Source: a bacterium (GTDB taxonomy: Bacteria > Patescibacteriota > Minisyncoccia > Phycocordibacterales > UBA1006). From it: a stretch of 52,733 nt of DNA. This document shows positions 1-9,312 of the stretch, in pieces; position 1 is the stretch's first letter, and every line of letters begins with the position of its first letter. A program made the translations under genes and the position numbers. The notes below the pieces were generated by a model. It was not told the origin of the DNA. It saw only the letters and a list, made by a program, of their open reading frames with translations, and did not search any database. The DNA lies in the NCBI GenBank assembly GCA_037144045.1, contig JBAWXN010000002.1:1-52733 (forward strand), read 5' to 3'.

Positions 1-124
1 GGTTGAGGGTTTGAGCTGGGAGGTACCCACCGGTTGGGGCTGCGGCGAAGACGAAGAGGCCGTAGCCTAAGATACTGAGGAGTGAAAAAGAAATGGTGAG
101 GGTTTTGCGAAGAGGTGATGACAT
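1..124 (-). CDS. N-terminus of a secreted/surface protein (runs off the window edge)
   Basis: Manual translation from ATG at 124: MSSPLRKTLTISFSLLSILGYGLFVFAAAPTGGYLPAQTLN..., with a signal-peptide-like N-terminus. Confidence 0.65.
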   Translation of the reverse strand, partial: MSSPLRKTLTISFSLLSILGYGLFVFAAAPTGGYLPAQTLN

Positions 125-195
125 TATGTGTAGTAGTATACTAGAAAATGTATATACGGTGCAAGAAAAAAATCCCGGGTGGGATTTTTTTCTTA

Positions 196-858
196 TTATT
201 TTAATTCAACTGAATTAATAACAAGGGGATCAACAGGTCGATCACCTGGCACCGTTTGTACCTTACTCATTTTTTCAACAAGGTCGTATCCAGAAATAAC
301 ATGCCCGAACACGGTATGTTTACTATTAAGGAAGGTGTTATCAGCTACGTTAATGAAGAATTGTGATCCATTAGTATTAGGACCCGCGTTTGCCATTGCA
401 ATAGTTCCCTTAATGTTATTATTCGTTGATTTGATTTCATCATCGAATTGGTATCCGGGACCACCCGTTCCCCACATGGCTTGTTTCGAATCGTCTTTGG
501 TTAATGGGTCACCACCTTGGATCATGAAATCCTTGATCACGCGGTGGAATTTTGTTCCATTATAGAATCCTGACGAAGCAAGCTTAATAAAATTTTCTAC
601 AGTATTTGGAGTATTAGTGTTATCGAATGCGATAACAATATCACCCATGGTTGTTTTAAAAGTCGCTTGAGTGTACATCTTTTTTTCTAGTGATTTGATT
701 GGTAAGGTGCTCGATGCAGATGATGTATCAGTCATGGTTACCACAGGAATTTGTGTATCTGTTGAAACCTGAACCGGTGCGTCACCTTTTCGGAGCACGA
801 GTGCACCAATAATAACGATTATAATTAATCCTGCAAGTGCTAATTGAGTCTTTGACAT
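196..858 (-). CDS. Cyclophilin-type peptidyl-prolyl cis-trans isomerase with N-terminal membrane anchor
   Basis: Cyclophilin motifs FHRVIKDFMIQGGDP, AMANAGPNTNGSQFFIN and HTVFG; hydrophobic N-terminus. Confidence 0.95.
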   Translation of the reverse strand: MSKTQLALAGLIIIVIIGALVLRKGDAPVQVSTDTQIPVVTMTDTSSASSTLPIKSLEKKMYTQATFKTTMGDIVIAFDNTNTPNTVENFIKLASSGFYNGTKFHRVIKDFMIQGGDPLTKDDSKQAMWGTGGPGYQFDDEIKSTNNNIKGTIAMANAGPNTNGSQFFINVADNTFLNSKHTVFGHVISGYDLVEKMSKVQTVPGDRPVDPLVINSVELK

Positions 859-862
859 AGTG

Positions 863-1225
863 CTACGAAAATCCTTTTTTTAATAATTGTTTAACCATCA
901 TGCGTCCTTTGCGCATCAATGTTTGTTTCTTTCCTTTACCTTGTTTAAACGTTTCACTGATATCGGCTACCGCTCGATCGAGTGCGGTATATAAATCGGC
1001 ATCGGCGACTTCTACATAATAGGTGTCACCTTTCGTGTCTAAGGTAATTTCCGTAACGAACACATCAGTTCCTGCTTTGTGGTGTGCTGAAGGTTTTCCG
1101 AGTTCTACTTGAACAAAACCTGATGTGTGAATGATTTTCTCGAGAGTTGCAACCTTCTTATATACCGCATCAGTAATGGCGTCGGTAAGAGGTATTCGTA
1201 ATCCTTTGATACTTATATTCAACAT
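863..1225 (-). CDS. raiA: Ribosome hibernation factor HPF/RaiA (short form)
   Basis: Typical HPF pattern (LTDAI...KV..LEK; DLYTALDRAVA). ATG at 1225 preferred over the ORF-track start at 1276. Confidence 0.8.
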   Translation of the reverse strand: MLNISIKGLRIPLTDAITDAVYKKVATLEKIIHTSGFVQVELGKPSAHHKAGTDVFVTEITLDTKGDTYYVEVADADLYTALDRAVADISETFKQGKGKKQTLMRKGRMMVKQLLKKGFS

Positions 1226-1342
1226 AACGTGAGACACACGATTGATTACCTTCGTGCGCCATAGGTAGTATATCACCCATCATGCACCCGGGTGAAATTT
1301 GACATTTGTTAAACTACATGTAATTATAAAAGAAAACTGAAT

Positions 1343-1654
1343 ATGGACGTAGTTGCTGCATTTACCGCACTCAAAGCTGCTTACCTCAATAAAGAATTAT
1401 TTCCTGAATTTGAAGAATATCTCAAAACAGCTCAAAGTAACGGTGTCCGCAAAGAAGCTCGTTACTTTTCTTTTTTATTGAGAACCAAGTATGGATTTCA
1501 AACTTCTGAATACACCGAAATCCAAAAATACTATCAAGAAAAACAAAACAATTTTTGGTACGAACTCCATTGGGGCGAAGTTCCGCAAAAAGCAAAAGAC
1601 GCAAATCCTGAACTTTACAAACTCCAACCCGGAGAACGCAGAGACCTGGTATAA
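1343..1654 (+). CDS. Hypothetical protein
   Basis: 103-aa ORF followed by a terminator; no family recognised. Confidence 0.6.
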   Translation: MDVVAAFTALKAAYLNKELFPEFEEYLKTAQSNGVRKEARYFSFLLRTKYGFQTSEYTEIQKYYQEKQNNFWYELHWGEVPQKAKDANPELYKLQPGERRDLV

Positions 1655-1700
1655 CTAACCCTCCTTCCTTGTATAACCATGCAGGGAAGGATTTTTTTGT

Positions 1701-1735
1701 AACAAAAACACCCTCGCAAGGAGGGTGTTTTTGTT
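1701..1735. terminator. Bidirectional intrinsic terminator
   Basis: Perfect 15-bp stem AACAAAAACACCCTC/GAGGGTGTTTTTGTT between convergent genes. Confidence 0.8.
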
Positions 1736-2345
1736 ATTTGACTGCAAGTTCTGACGCTGATGAATCAACAGCAACTTCTGTAGTTGCAATTTTATTCATT
1801 GCCCAAGTAACAAGCTTTTTATAGTCATGTCGGATTGAAGGAGGGTTATAGGTGTCAATAATGTCACCAATTTCCTTATCCTTGTAATGATGTGCTGTTT
1901 TTGGGTTATGACCACCGAGACTCTTGGCTACTACATCAATTGCTTGATTAATATCCTTGAATCGAATAGTACATCCACCATATCCAAAGGGGTTGTTTTC
2001 ACCACTTTTTACTGTACACATCATTTTTCCACCGTTTGATTCGATGGTTCCAATTGCTGGCAAGAGACGCCAGTCAATTCCATAATAATCCGCCGCTTGC
2101 ACCATGGCTAAACCATATCCCGCGAGGGGTGAATTATCACGTTTTGTAAAGAATGTATCAATCTTCGCAGCACGTTGTGCTTGGGTTAACCCATCCACAA
2201 GTACTTCTTCAGATTGAGATACGTTATATAAACTGTCAAGTGGGGCCTCTGCTTGAGCGATCGGGGTTATTAATCCGACTGCCAGACCGACGATGAGGAT
2301 ATATCCTAGCACCATTTGACGAAAGACATTGAAATGTTTCGGCAT
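1734..2345 (-). CDS. Secreted lysozyme-like/glucosaminidase-fold protein
   Basis: Signal peptide; WRLLPAIGTIESNGG and NNPFGYG motifs of lysozyme-like cell-wall hydrolases. Confidence 0.6.
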   Translation of the reverse strand: MPKHFNVFRQMVLGYILIVGLAVGLITPIAQAEAPLDSLYNVSQSEEVLVDGLTQAQRAAKIDTFFTKRDNSPLAGYGLAMVQAADYYGIDWRLLPAIGTIESNGGKMMCTVKSGENNPFGYGGCTIRFKDINQAIDVVAKSLGGHNPKTAHHYKDKEIGDIIDTYNPPSIRHDYKKLVTWAMNKIATTEVAVDSSASELAVK

Positions 2346-2522
2346 AATTGACGATTACGCTTCGTCGAACGCTATAACTGGAATTGCTCCTTCGAGTTTT
2401 ACTGAGTAAAACTTTTTGGGAAATAAAAACACCTGATTTCAGGCACGTACCTAGTCTAGCATAACAAGGGCTTGCTGTCAAGGTGTTTTTATGGTATTTT
2501 GCAGTTTTTTGGTAAATAATCC

Positions 2523-3527
2523 TTATTTTGCAATGGTTTTGGTTTTTTGGGACAAACGGCTTTTTTGCATCTTTTCAGTGTATTTTATGAGTACCGGAAT
2601 ACTTGCTGCAACGGGCAATGCAAGGAACGCTCCAAGGATTCCAAACATCCCCGCTCCGATTACCACTGACAAAAATACGAGTGCCGGTGATAAATTAAGT
2701 GCTTTGTTGTAGACCATTGGCACTATAAACGTGTTTTCTATCTGCTGATACACCAAGTAGAAGATGATTACAAGGAGTCCTGTAACTGGACCATGCGCAA
2801 GTCCGAGGATAGCCGCAGGAATCAATGCAATAAGCGGTCCTACATACGGCAACAAGTCCATAATTCCGGTGAAAATAGCAAGCGGCAGTGCAAACGGTAC
2901 CCCAAGGATGGTAAGCCCAAGGAAGATTATCACCGTACACACCGCAGAAACGATTAAGTTTCCTCGGATATAATGCCCTACTACGAGCGAAATTTCCTGA
3001 AACATACTACTCGTCATTTCTTTGTTTTTAGGCGACAATACCCCAAGGATTATTTCAGTAAGGGCTTTACGGTCATATATTAAATAGAACACAGCAACAA
3101 TTACCGTAACGATAGAACCAATAACTCCAATGACTGTTTTGGTTGAATCAAGTACATATCCTGCGTTTCCTTGAATCGTTTCAAGGATGTTAATACTTTT
3201 AAACGATTCAGGGATAAATGATAGTCCATCAATTAATTGATTAATACTTACTACGACTTGAGGGAATTGATTTGAAAATGCGATCGCTGTAAACACGGCA
3301 ACTAATATAATGGGAATCAATAGCAATAATACAACTGATAACACCGCGGCCCACCATGGCATTTTTTTATTAAATTTTTCAGCAATAGGCGTCAGTGCCA
3401 TTGAAATAATTACCGCGATTAATAATACGATTAATACCGTAAGTCCTTTCCATGCTAAATAGATCATGAGCCCCATAGCCACGATACGCGCGAGTGCTGC
3501 AAACGAAAAAGGTGATTCTTGTTTCAT
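2523..3527 (-). CDS. AI-2E family transporter
   Basis: Multiple TM helices; LPYVGP and QQIENTFIVPMV..KALNLSPA motifs. Confidence 0.9.
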   Translation of the reverse strand: MKQESPFSFAALARIVAMGLMIYLAWKGLTVLIVLLIAVIISMALTPIAEKFNKKMPWWAAVLSVVLLLLIPIILVAVFTAIAFSNQFPQVVVSINQLIDGLSFIPESFKSINILETIQGNAGYVLDSTKTVIGVIGSIVTVIVAVFYLIYDRKALTEIILGVLSPKNKEMTSSMFQEISLVVGHYIRGNLIVSAVCTVIIFLGLTILGVPFALPLAIFTGIMDLLPYVGPLIALIPAAILGLAHGPVTGLLVIIFYLVYQQIENTFIVPMVYNKALNLSPALVFLSVVIGAGMFGILGAFLALPVAASIPVLIKYTEKMQKSRLSQKTKTIAK

Positions 3528-3596
3528 GTAAATAGTATACGTAGGTTTACTTTGACTTGCAATAAATAGTAATATTAACTATACTCCCAAAAAATT

Positions 3597-4058
3597 ATGA
3601 CATATATCATTTCTATTATCTTTATCATTCTTGGATACTATCTCGGAAAAGTAACTTGTAACAACCACTTTAAAAAATCAGGTATCTGGATCACCATTGC
3701 AATCTTTGTCCTTATTAATGGACTCCATTCATTAATTGACGGAGTCAGTCTGGTGGGTATGAGTCATTGGAAAGTAATTGGACTTATGGCAGGACATGAA
3801 TTGATTCGACAACCAGTATTGTACGCATTATTCCTGGGTATGATTTTACCCTTCAATAATCTGTCACGATGGGCACGCTACGGCGTAGCTTTCCTTGCAG
3901 TAACCGGTGTTTGGGCTGTATCAGTAATTATCGGATCTGCGTTTGGTAATCAATTAGTACATATTCAACAATTTGAATCACTTATTCCCTATCTCCAATT
4001 CCTATTCATTGGTGATGTTATCCACCATGTATTTGACTGGTTCCACCATCGGTCTTGA
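3597..4058 (+). CDS. Hypothetical membrane protein
   Basis: Hydrophobic 153-aa ORF with His-containing motifs; -10 TATACT at 3580-3585. Confidence 0.65.
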   Translation: MTYIISIIFIILGYYLGKVTCNNHFKKSGIWITIAIFVLINGLHSLIDGVSLVGMSHWKVIGLMAGHELIRQPVLYALFLGMILPFNNLSRWARYGVAFLAVTGVWAVSVIIGSAFGNQLVHIQQFESLIPYLQFLFIGDVIHHVFDWFHHRS

Positions 4059-4083
4059 TTCTTGACGAAAAATTTATATACTG

Positions 4084-4380
4084 GTGAAAACACTGGTTAT
4101 GAAGCATTTACTGATTATCTTGCTTTCTTTCACTACTATTACTGGTTTTAGCCAACACCGGCATCGACCTCGAGTTCTTTGCCCTGGATATGTTATCCAA
4201 ACTCCTCGCATAGCTATTGCACCACCGTGCAATTACCCCTGTGGCCCCCAGGTGGTACACATTCCGACCTGGCACTATGTGACCGTAAATCGCCCCGTTA
4301 TTGATTTCTGGGGTAACTATGTACGCGACTATTACGGACGCATCATTTACGAACGCGTTCGCATCATGGTGTATGACTAA
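4084..4380 (+). CDS. Hypothetical secreted protein
   Basis: Signal-peptide-like MKHLLIILLSFTTITGFSQ (likely start 4099); followed by a terminator. Confidence 0.6.
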   Translation: MKTLVMKHLLIILLSFTTITGFSQHRHRPRVLCPGYVIQTPRIAIAPPCNYPCGPQVVHIPTWHYVTVNRPVIDFWGNYVRDYYGRIIYERVRIMVYD

Positions 4381-4405
4381 TCGGTATTACTACAAAATGT
4401 AAATG

Positions 4406-4437
4406 AACGCCTTGCTATTGCAAGGCGTTTTTGTTTT
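4406..4437 (+). terminator. Intrinsic terminator
   Basis: AACGCCTTGC-TATT-GCAAGGCGTT stem plus T-run. Confidence 0.75.
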
Positions 4438-4456
4438 TGCTATAGTACCTGCACAT

Positions 4457-4528
4457 TCCCCTGTAGCTCAGCGGTAGAGCAAACGACTGTTAATCGTTTG
4501 GTCGCAGGTTCGATCCCTGCCGGGGGAG
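4457..4528 (+). tRNA. tRNA-Asn (GTT)
   Basis: Full cloverleaf: acceptor TCCCCTG/CGGGGGA, D-arm GCTC/GAGC, anticodon loop CTGTTAA, T-loop TTCGATC. No encoded CCA. Extended -10 TGcTATAGT at 4438-4446. Confidence 0.97.
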
Positions 4529-6211
4529 CACAACAAAAGAAAGCATCTCGAAAGAGGTGTTTTCTTTTGCATTTACAAGCTGAAAGTTAGGTTCTAACGT
4601 AGCAATTTTCTTGAAGAACCCATCACTGCATTCTTTGATGCTTATAAGTGATTTAGGCAAGGAAACACAAAGGTTTTTGTCCTTTATGTTTAGGTTCGAA
4701 CCTAAAGCCACAACAATCGACTTCTTCTGCTCCGCGGTCCCGTTTCGGAACTTTTCAAGAGCATTCTCGGCAAATTGAGCATAGTTTTCGGCGACCTCAA
4801 ACCAATTGATTAGTCGATCTTGATGACTGGTTCGATTGTTCTTAATGATCGTGAGTTCTTCTTCAATTTCAGATTTATACTTCTTGAATTGCTCAGCATC
4901 AATTTCATTGTCTGCTCGCATGCGTGTGTATCGGTCCAATTTATTTACAAGGTCAATTTCCTTACGGTTCTGTGCGTGGACCAGCTCTTTCTGATTTCCA
5001 ATTTCTTCCTTATGGATTTCTTGGAAGCCTGCCTTAAGCCAGGAATGAAACTCTTCCGGAATGGTAATAGAAGATAGATATTGTTCCACTTGAGCACTGA
5101 GTTGTTTCTCGGTCATATTTCCTTTTTGGCTGCATCCTTCTCGCCGTCCCGTGCAATGGTAATAAGTAATATCAATAAACGAAGGTTGTTTCATTTCTGA
5201 AATGTCAGTGCCACATTTGGGGCAATCAGTACGAGTAATCATTGAAAACTTATATTTGCAATTCTTGCAGATGCATTGCTTCTTACGCTCAGCGGTAATC
5301 TTACATCCGCAATCTCCACAGGTAAGAGGCCCCCGAAAAGGATAAGGAATATCTTCTTGGTACTGTCTCGGTCGCCCCTTCTTCCCAAACATTTTCTGTG
5401 CCTTATCGAATTCTTCAGGAGTGATCATTGCTTCGTGTTTTCCAAGGACCTCACTCTTTCCTCCGACTCCATCATTCCAGTCAAAGTAGCCGCAATAAAA
5501 TTTATTCTTAAAGAATCCTGCCACCGTAGATTCGGCGTATTTTACACCTTGCTGATTGCGCAGCCCGTATTCATCCGCTAATTTCTTATGTATAGACTTA
5601 ATACTATAGGTACCAGAAAGAAGCATGTCCCATCCCTTACGAATAATAGCAAAGCGTTTATTGTCCTTTAGAATTTCTTTATCTCCTGCTTCAAATGTAT
5701 CTTTCGGATTGTGCATGTAGCCAGCCGGAAGCTGAGCGCAGGGGTACCAACCACGCATAGCCTTCTGGCGCATTCCACGTTTTGCATCCTCACTAAGATC
5801 CTTAACGAATTGATTAGCCATCCCCATTTCTACTGCCATCATGATTACATTGTCAGTAGGATAATAATTTCCAGAATAGGTCTTAATATGTTTAATAATG
5901 CCTTGTTGTAGAAGCCAGCTAATTTGTCCACCATCAATAGGGTTGCGCGCAAGTCGATTAAGCTTCCAGCAGATAATACCGCTTGCTTCACCATTATGCA
6001 TACGTTGAAGCATTTCATTGAACTTTTCGCGCCCTGGCTTTTTAGCTGACTTGGATTCAGTAATTTCAGCCACTACCTCTAGTCCATACTGTTCGGCCAC
6101 TTTTCTCATCTCAAGAAGCTGATCCTCAATGGAAGCAACTTGTTTGTCTTCTGATTCAGAAGAGCGTCGACAATAAATAAAATATTTATTGTCATTGGTT
6201 AAAGTTTTCAT
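4490..6211 (-). CDS. Large serine recombinase (resolvase + recombinase + Zn-ribbon + coiled coil)
   Basis: N-terminal YCRRSSE catalytic Ser motif, WKLNRLARN, CGDCG Zn ribbon, coiled coil. The last codons (PRQGSNLRPND) are the antisense of tRNA-Asn. Confidence 0.95.
   Translation of the reverse strand: MKTLTNDNKYFIYCRRSSESEDKQVASIEDQLLEMRKVAEQYGLEVVAEITESKSAKKPGREKFNEMLQRMHNGEASGIICWKLNRLARNPIDGGQISWLLQQGIIKHIKTYSGNYYPTDNVIMMAVEMGMANQFVKDLSEDAKRGMRQKAMRGWYPCAQLPAGYMHNPKDTFEAGDKEILKDNKRFAIIRKGWDMLLSGTYSIKSIHKKLADEYGLRNQQGVKYAESTVAGFFKNKFYCGYFDWNDGVGGKSEVLGKHEAMITPEEFDKAQKMFGKKGRPRQYQEDIPYPFRGPLTCGDCGCKITAERKKQCICKNCKYKFSMITRTDCPKCGTDISEMKQPSFIDITYYHCTGRREGCSQKGNMTEKQLSAQVEQYLSSITIPEEFHSWLKAGFQEIHKEEIGNQKELVHAQNRKEIDLVNKLDRYTRMRADNEIDAEQFKKYKSEIEEELTIIKNNRTSHQDRLINWFEVAENYAQFAENALEKFRNGTAEQKKSIVVALGSNLNIKDKNLCVSLPKSLISIKECSDGFFKKIATLEPNFQLVNAKENTSFEMLSFVVLPRQGSNLRPND
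4509..4598. other. tRNA/element junction (attL-like): tRNA T-arm + GGAGC core + recombinase 3' arm
   Basis: The LSR ORF crosses into the tRNA at GAGC 4526-4529. The right arm has a hairpin (4534-4569, which can act as the tRNA terminator) and GTTCTAAC at 4591-4598, the same layout as sites at 19.4-21.0 kb. Confidence 0.7.
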
Positions 6212-6351
6212 AAATTTAATTTAGAGACACAAAAGGGGATGATGGTTAACGATTTCAGAGTTGCTACACACGAAATCACCATCACCCCCTATTGGGCTTA
6301 AATCGTTAATAAAATCTCGTATGTAGCATTACAATTATAGCCTGTTTGATT

Positions 6352-7845
6352 TTAAAAAGGAATTTGGCCTGGATCATCATAGAATGATTCACTGTCGGAC
6401 TCGTCGTTAGTGACAGTAGTACTATACTTATGATTGATCAAGCGAATAGTTCGATGCGTACTCCTTTCGCGTTCAATAGTAATTCCTATTTTTCCTAGAG
6501 GCACCTCGAGCTGATTGATCTTTTTACTCAGAATCACTTCGTTTTTTGGTAGCTCTAATCTGCTTATCGATCTCTCATTCCACAAGGATTCACTTAGGAC
6601 TTGATAGAGTTCACGCGGGGTACCTTCCCAAGTTTTCTTATCTGACATAAAGTCTCGTATAGTTACGGCTATGTCACTATTATTAATAGCTTCATCGGTC
6701 TGACTTTCAATGTTGCGATTGTAAGCATTTAAAAATTGCTCTTGTGAGTAACCAATAGATTTGGCAATTGCGCATCCCCAGATGGCAAAATCTGCCATCC
6801 TGGGACTACTTCCTAAGACAATTTGATCTTTTATCTTCATACTATTTGATACTGCTGTAAATATTGCACCTAAGATAAGGGCTTTTTCTTCTTGGAAACC
6901 CTTAAACAATTTTTCCTCACTAATTCTTTGAGAGTCATCCATTCGTTTAAGCGGAAAAAGTATTGAGCGCTCCAAAAGGTCCGGCTGTGTTCCGTCAAGA
7001 TTGATACCATTAATACCAATACATCGCTTAAAATTATAGATAACATCTCCGTCATTGGTATATAGTTCACGCTTAGAAACTCCAATACCTGTGATTGCTT
7101 TACATAAACAATCAGAAAGTTTTTGATCAACATACGAGACATTATCAAAAAAACTAAACCAATTATGTTCTAATTGTTGGATAAGCTCGTTATTGTTCTC
7201 AGGGAATGTAACAATCCCAAGCTGTGACGGGTCTACTAATTCACGTGTAATTCTTGACACGCTTGATTTTGCTGAACCCTGAGGACCGTATACATATGCC
7301 AAAGGATGAGGGATACCCGGAATAAAACAGGATATAATCCAGACTAAAAATAGAATCTTTTGATCTTCATCGGTAATATTTAAGAAATCAAGAATTCTTC
7401 TCACGTCGCCTCCCAATTGAGGATCCACCTGTGATTTATGATGGGTATATCTTTTAAATAAAATCGGCTCATGGTTTATTTTTGTAACCTCCCAACCATC
7501 CTTACTTATTGATATTGTGCTCCATGTTGAATTGGTTAGATCGTACAATATTTTTTCTTTATACCAAGCAACCCTGTTATGAAGTTGATGTTCAGGTCCA
7601 TCAAATAAGGCTTTCGCTTTTAGTAATTCAATAATACTTTTGATGCTTTCTCTGCCTGGATTTTTTTCAAGGGTCTGATAAAGAACACTTCTACACCATA
7701 AAGCTGTCTTAATTCCATCACAAGGATATATTTTCAAAACACCCTCATCATCAATCCGAATCCAAGGATTTTGTTTCTCGTCATGAAATAACTCAATGTT
7801 CTGGTTTAAGATTATTTCAAGATTTTCATCTACGTTGTTAATCAT
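6352..7845 (-). CDS. Mobile-element P-loop ATPase (primase/helicase-like replication protein)
   Basis: Walker A GPQGSAKS, Walker B-like FFDNV, DLLERS, PRMADF; typical of phage/ICE replication ATPases. Confidence 0.7.
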   Translation of the reverse strand: MINNVDENLEIILNQNIELFHDEKQNPWIRIDDEGVLKIYPCDGIKTALWCRSVLYQTLEKNPGRESIKSIIELLKAKALFDGPEHQLHNRVAWYKEKILYDLTNSTWSTISISKDGWEVTKINHEPILFKRYTHHKSQVDPQLGGDVRRILDFLNITDEDQKILFLVWIISCFIPGIPHPLAYVYGPQGSAKSSVSRITRELVDPSQLGIVTFPENNNELIQQLEHNWFSFFDNVSYVDQKLSDCLCKAITGIGVSKRELYTNDGDVIYNFKRCIGINGINLDGTQPDLLERSILFPLKRMDDSQRISEEKLFKGFQEEKALILGAIFTAVSNSMKIKDQIVLGSSPRMADFAIWGCAIAKSIGYSQEQFLNAYNRNIESQTDEAINNSDIAVTIRDFMSDKKTWEGTPRELYQVLSESLWNERSISRLELPKNEVILSKKINQLEVPLGKIGITIERERSTHRTIRLINHKYSTTVTNDESDSESFYDDPGQIPF

Positions 7846-7972
7846 ATATTGATTTAATGAGATTCATCATCCAGAATGTGAGCTCATATGCATCCTCTTG
7901 AGAAATAACAACTCCATATTTTTTGTTGTATATCTCAATGAGACTATCGAGCTGTTTCTGAGAGATCTTCAT
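7838..7972 (-). CDS. Small (44 aa) element protein, not in the ORF track
   Basis: MKISQKQLDSLIEIYNKKYGVVISQEDAYELTFWMMNLIKSIYD; its stop overlaps the start of the ATPase (ATGATTAA), suggesting translational coupling. Confidence 0.65.
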   Translation of the reverse strand: MKISQKQLDSLIEIYNKKYGVVISQEDAYELTFWMMNLIKSIYD

Positions 7973-8087
7973 TTTTTGATTTATTTATTAATAATAATTT
8001 GTAAAGAAAAAAACGCCCTGTGGCGCTCGTTCCTACGAAAGCTATTTTATTTATTTTATATCTTAATGAATATCATAATGATGGTCA

Positions 8088-8834
8088 TTAATTTTTTACC
8101 TCTATTAGATCATACAAATCAACATTTCTTTTATCGTCTCTATCTTTGATAGAATCTATATCTGCAACACCCCTTATTAGGGATAGGAGTTGTTTCCTTG
8201 CTCCTGTGTGTTGATATTCCCCGCCCATTCTTTCAATTACCCGTTCCTTCTTACAAGTAAGGTCTTTACCTCCTTCAAAAAAACATTCTAATAACTTCCT
8301 GGGCGCACCAGATATCTTTTGCGTACTTTTTCCATAGGAATTGGAAAGGATTCCAGATTTTGGATCGAAATAAAGATTTTTGAGTTTAGGTTTACCAGAA
8401 GAGATATTTCCCGAATTCTTCTTCTCTAATAGTTTTATAAGAAGTGTTTTTAATTCACAATCCTCTAATCCTTGAGAAGGAAGATTATTACTGTAATATT
8501 CTTGGCGCATACTCTGTACTTTACCCAAAGCCTTCTTGATACAATTATTGGCCGCATTCACTTCTTGGATTTCTTCGGGAGTTATTTTTTTATTGAACAT
8601 TAAATCCCTAGGTACTTCAATATCGTCAATCGAAAGAACACTTGAACCAATCGGACTAGCAATTAGTTTATTTAAAATATCTAGTTCTTTCCAATAGAGA
8701 AAACTCAGTACCTTATCATCGTCTACAGGCTCAGTAAAGTGAGCATCAATTATTTTTCGTAGATTATAGACAGATTGGGAAAGTGCTCTACGGTATTCTT
8801 TTATTTGGTCTGATGTATGCTGTTTTGTCCTCAT
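8088..8834 (-). CDS. Hypothetical protein, possible C-terminal winged-helix DNA-binding domain
   Basis: 248-aa ORF co-oriented with the ATPase/LSR; C-terminal half resembles an OmpR-type wHTH (weak). Confidence 0.55.
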   Translation of the reverse strand: MRTKQHTSDQIKEYRRALSQSVYNLRKIIDAHFTEPVDDDKVLSFLYWKELDILNKLIASPIGSSVLSIDDIEVPRDLMFNKKITPEEIQEVNAANNCIKKALGKVQSMRQEYYSNNLPSQGLEDCELKTLLIKLLEKKNSGNISSGKPKLKNLYFDPKSGILSNSYGKSTQKISGAPRKLLECFFEGGKDLTCKKERVIERMGGEYQHTGARKQLLSLIRGVADIDSIKDRDDKRNVDLYDLIEVKN

Positions 8835-8862
8835 ATTTGTATAGTAACAAACTTTCTAATAA

Positions 8863-8892
8863 TTGACATATATTATTTATGTGTGTTATAAT
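8863..8892 (+). promoter_or_regulatory. Sigma70 promoter for the TerS-like gene
   Basis: TTGACA (8863-8868), 18 nt, TATAAT (8887-8892) with an extended TG. Confidence 0.75.
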
Positions 8893-8932
8893 GTATACAT
8901 TACCCTACTTTTCCTATGATGCTACGTAACCT

Positions 8933-9238
8933 ATGAAATCTAAACCCTCAAGTAAGCAAAGACAATACGCATACAACCTTCTCAACTCAAATCAGACTAA
9001 ACAACAATCAGCCCTCATGGCTGGATATTCAGAGTCTATGGCTCGTGTTCCTGCTCAAATTGAGCAATCTAAAGGATTCCATCTCGCAATGGCTATTATT
9101 GCTGGCTATACCGAAAATGTAGCAATGCAAATACTTCACGAGCTCCAAGCAAGGGATATTTCCAAGGAGGATACAAAGAATCTCTTTTATGGAATTGATG
9201 TTTTATCTAAGGCTTGGGAGAGGTTTATGTCAAAATAA
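8933..9238 (+). CDS. Terminase small subunit-like HTH protein
   Basis: N-terminal KQRQYA...KQQSALMAGYSES..A resembles the TerS HTH pattern. Confidence 0.5.
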   Translation: MKSKPSSKQRQYAYNLLNSNQTKQQSALMAGYSESMARVPAQIEQSKGFHLAMAIIAGYTENVAMQILHELQARDISKEDTKNLFYGIDVLSKAWERFMSK

Positions 9239-9312
9239 CGCTTTATTTTATAACTATTTTTTGCTATAGTTTGTGCACAACTTAATCAGTAGCCTAAACC
9301 TTAGAAAAATTC

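Noticed and set aside
179-565. Antisense and nested ORFs in the six-frame track (for example 179-565, 2695-2940, 7898-8149, 17889-18248, 18522-18968, 39798-40130, 45117-45488)
   Set aside because: They overlap well-supported genes on another frame or strand and have no recognisable motifs.
4686-4710. Palindrome TTTAGGTTCGAACCTAAA inside the LSR as an att site
   Set aside because: It lies within coding sequence (LGSNL) and has no core or arm context.
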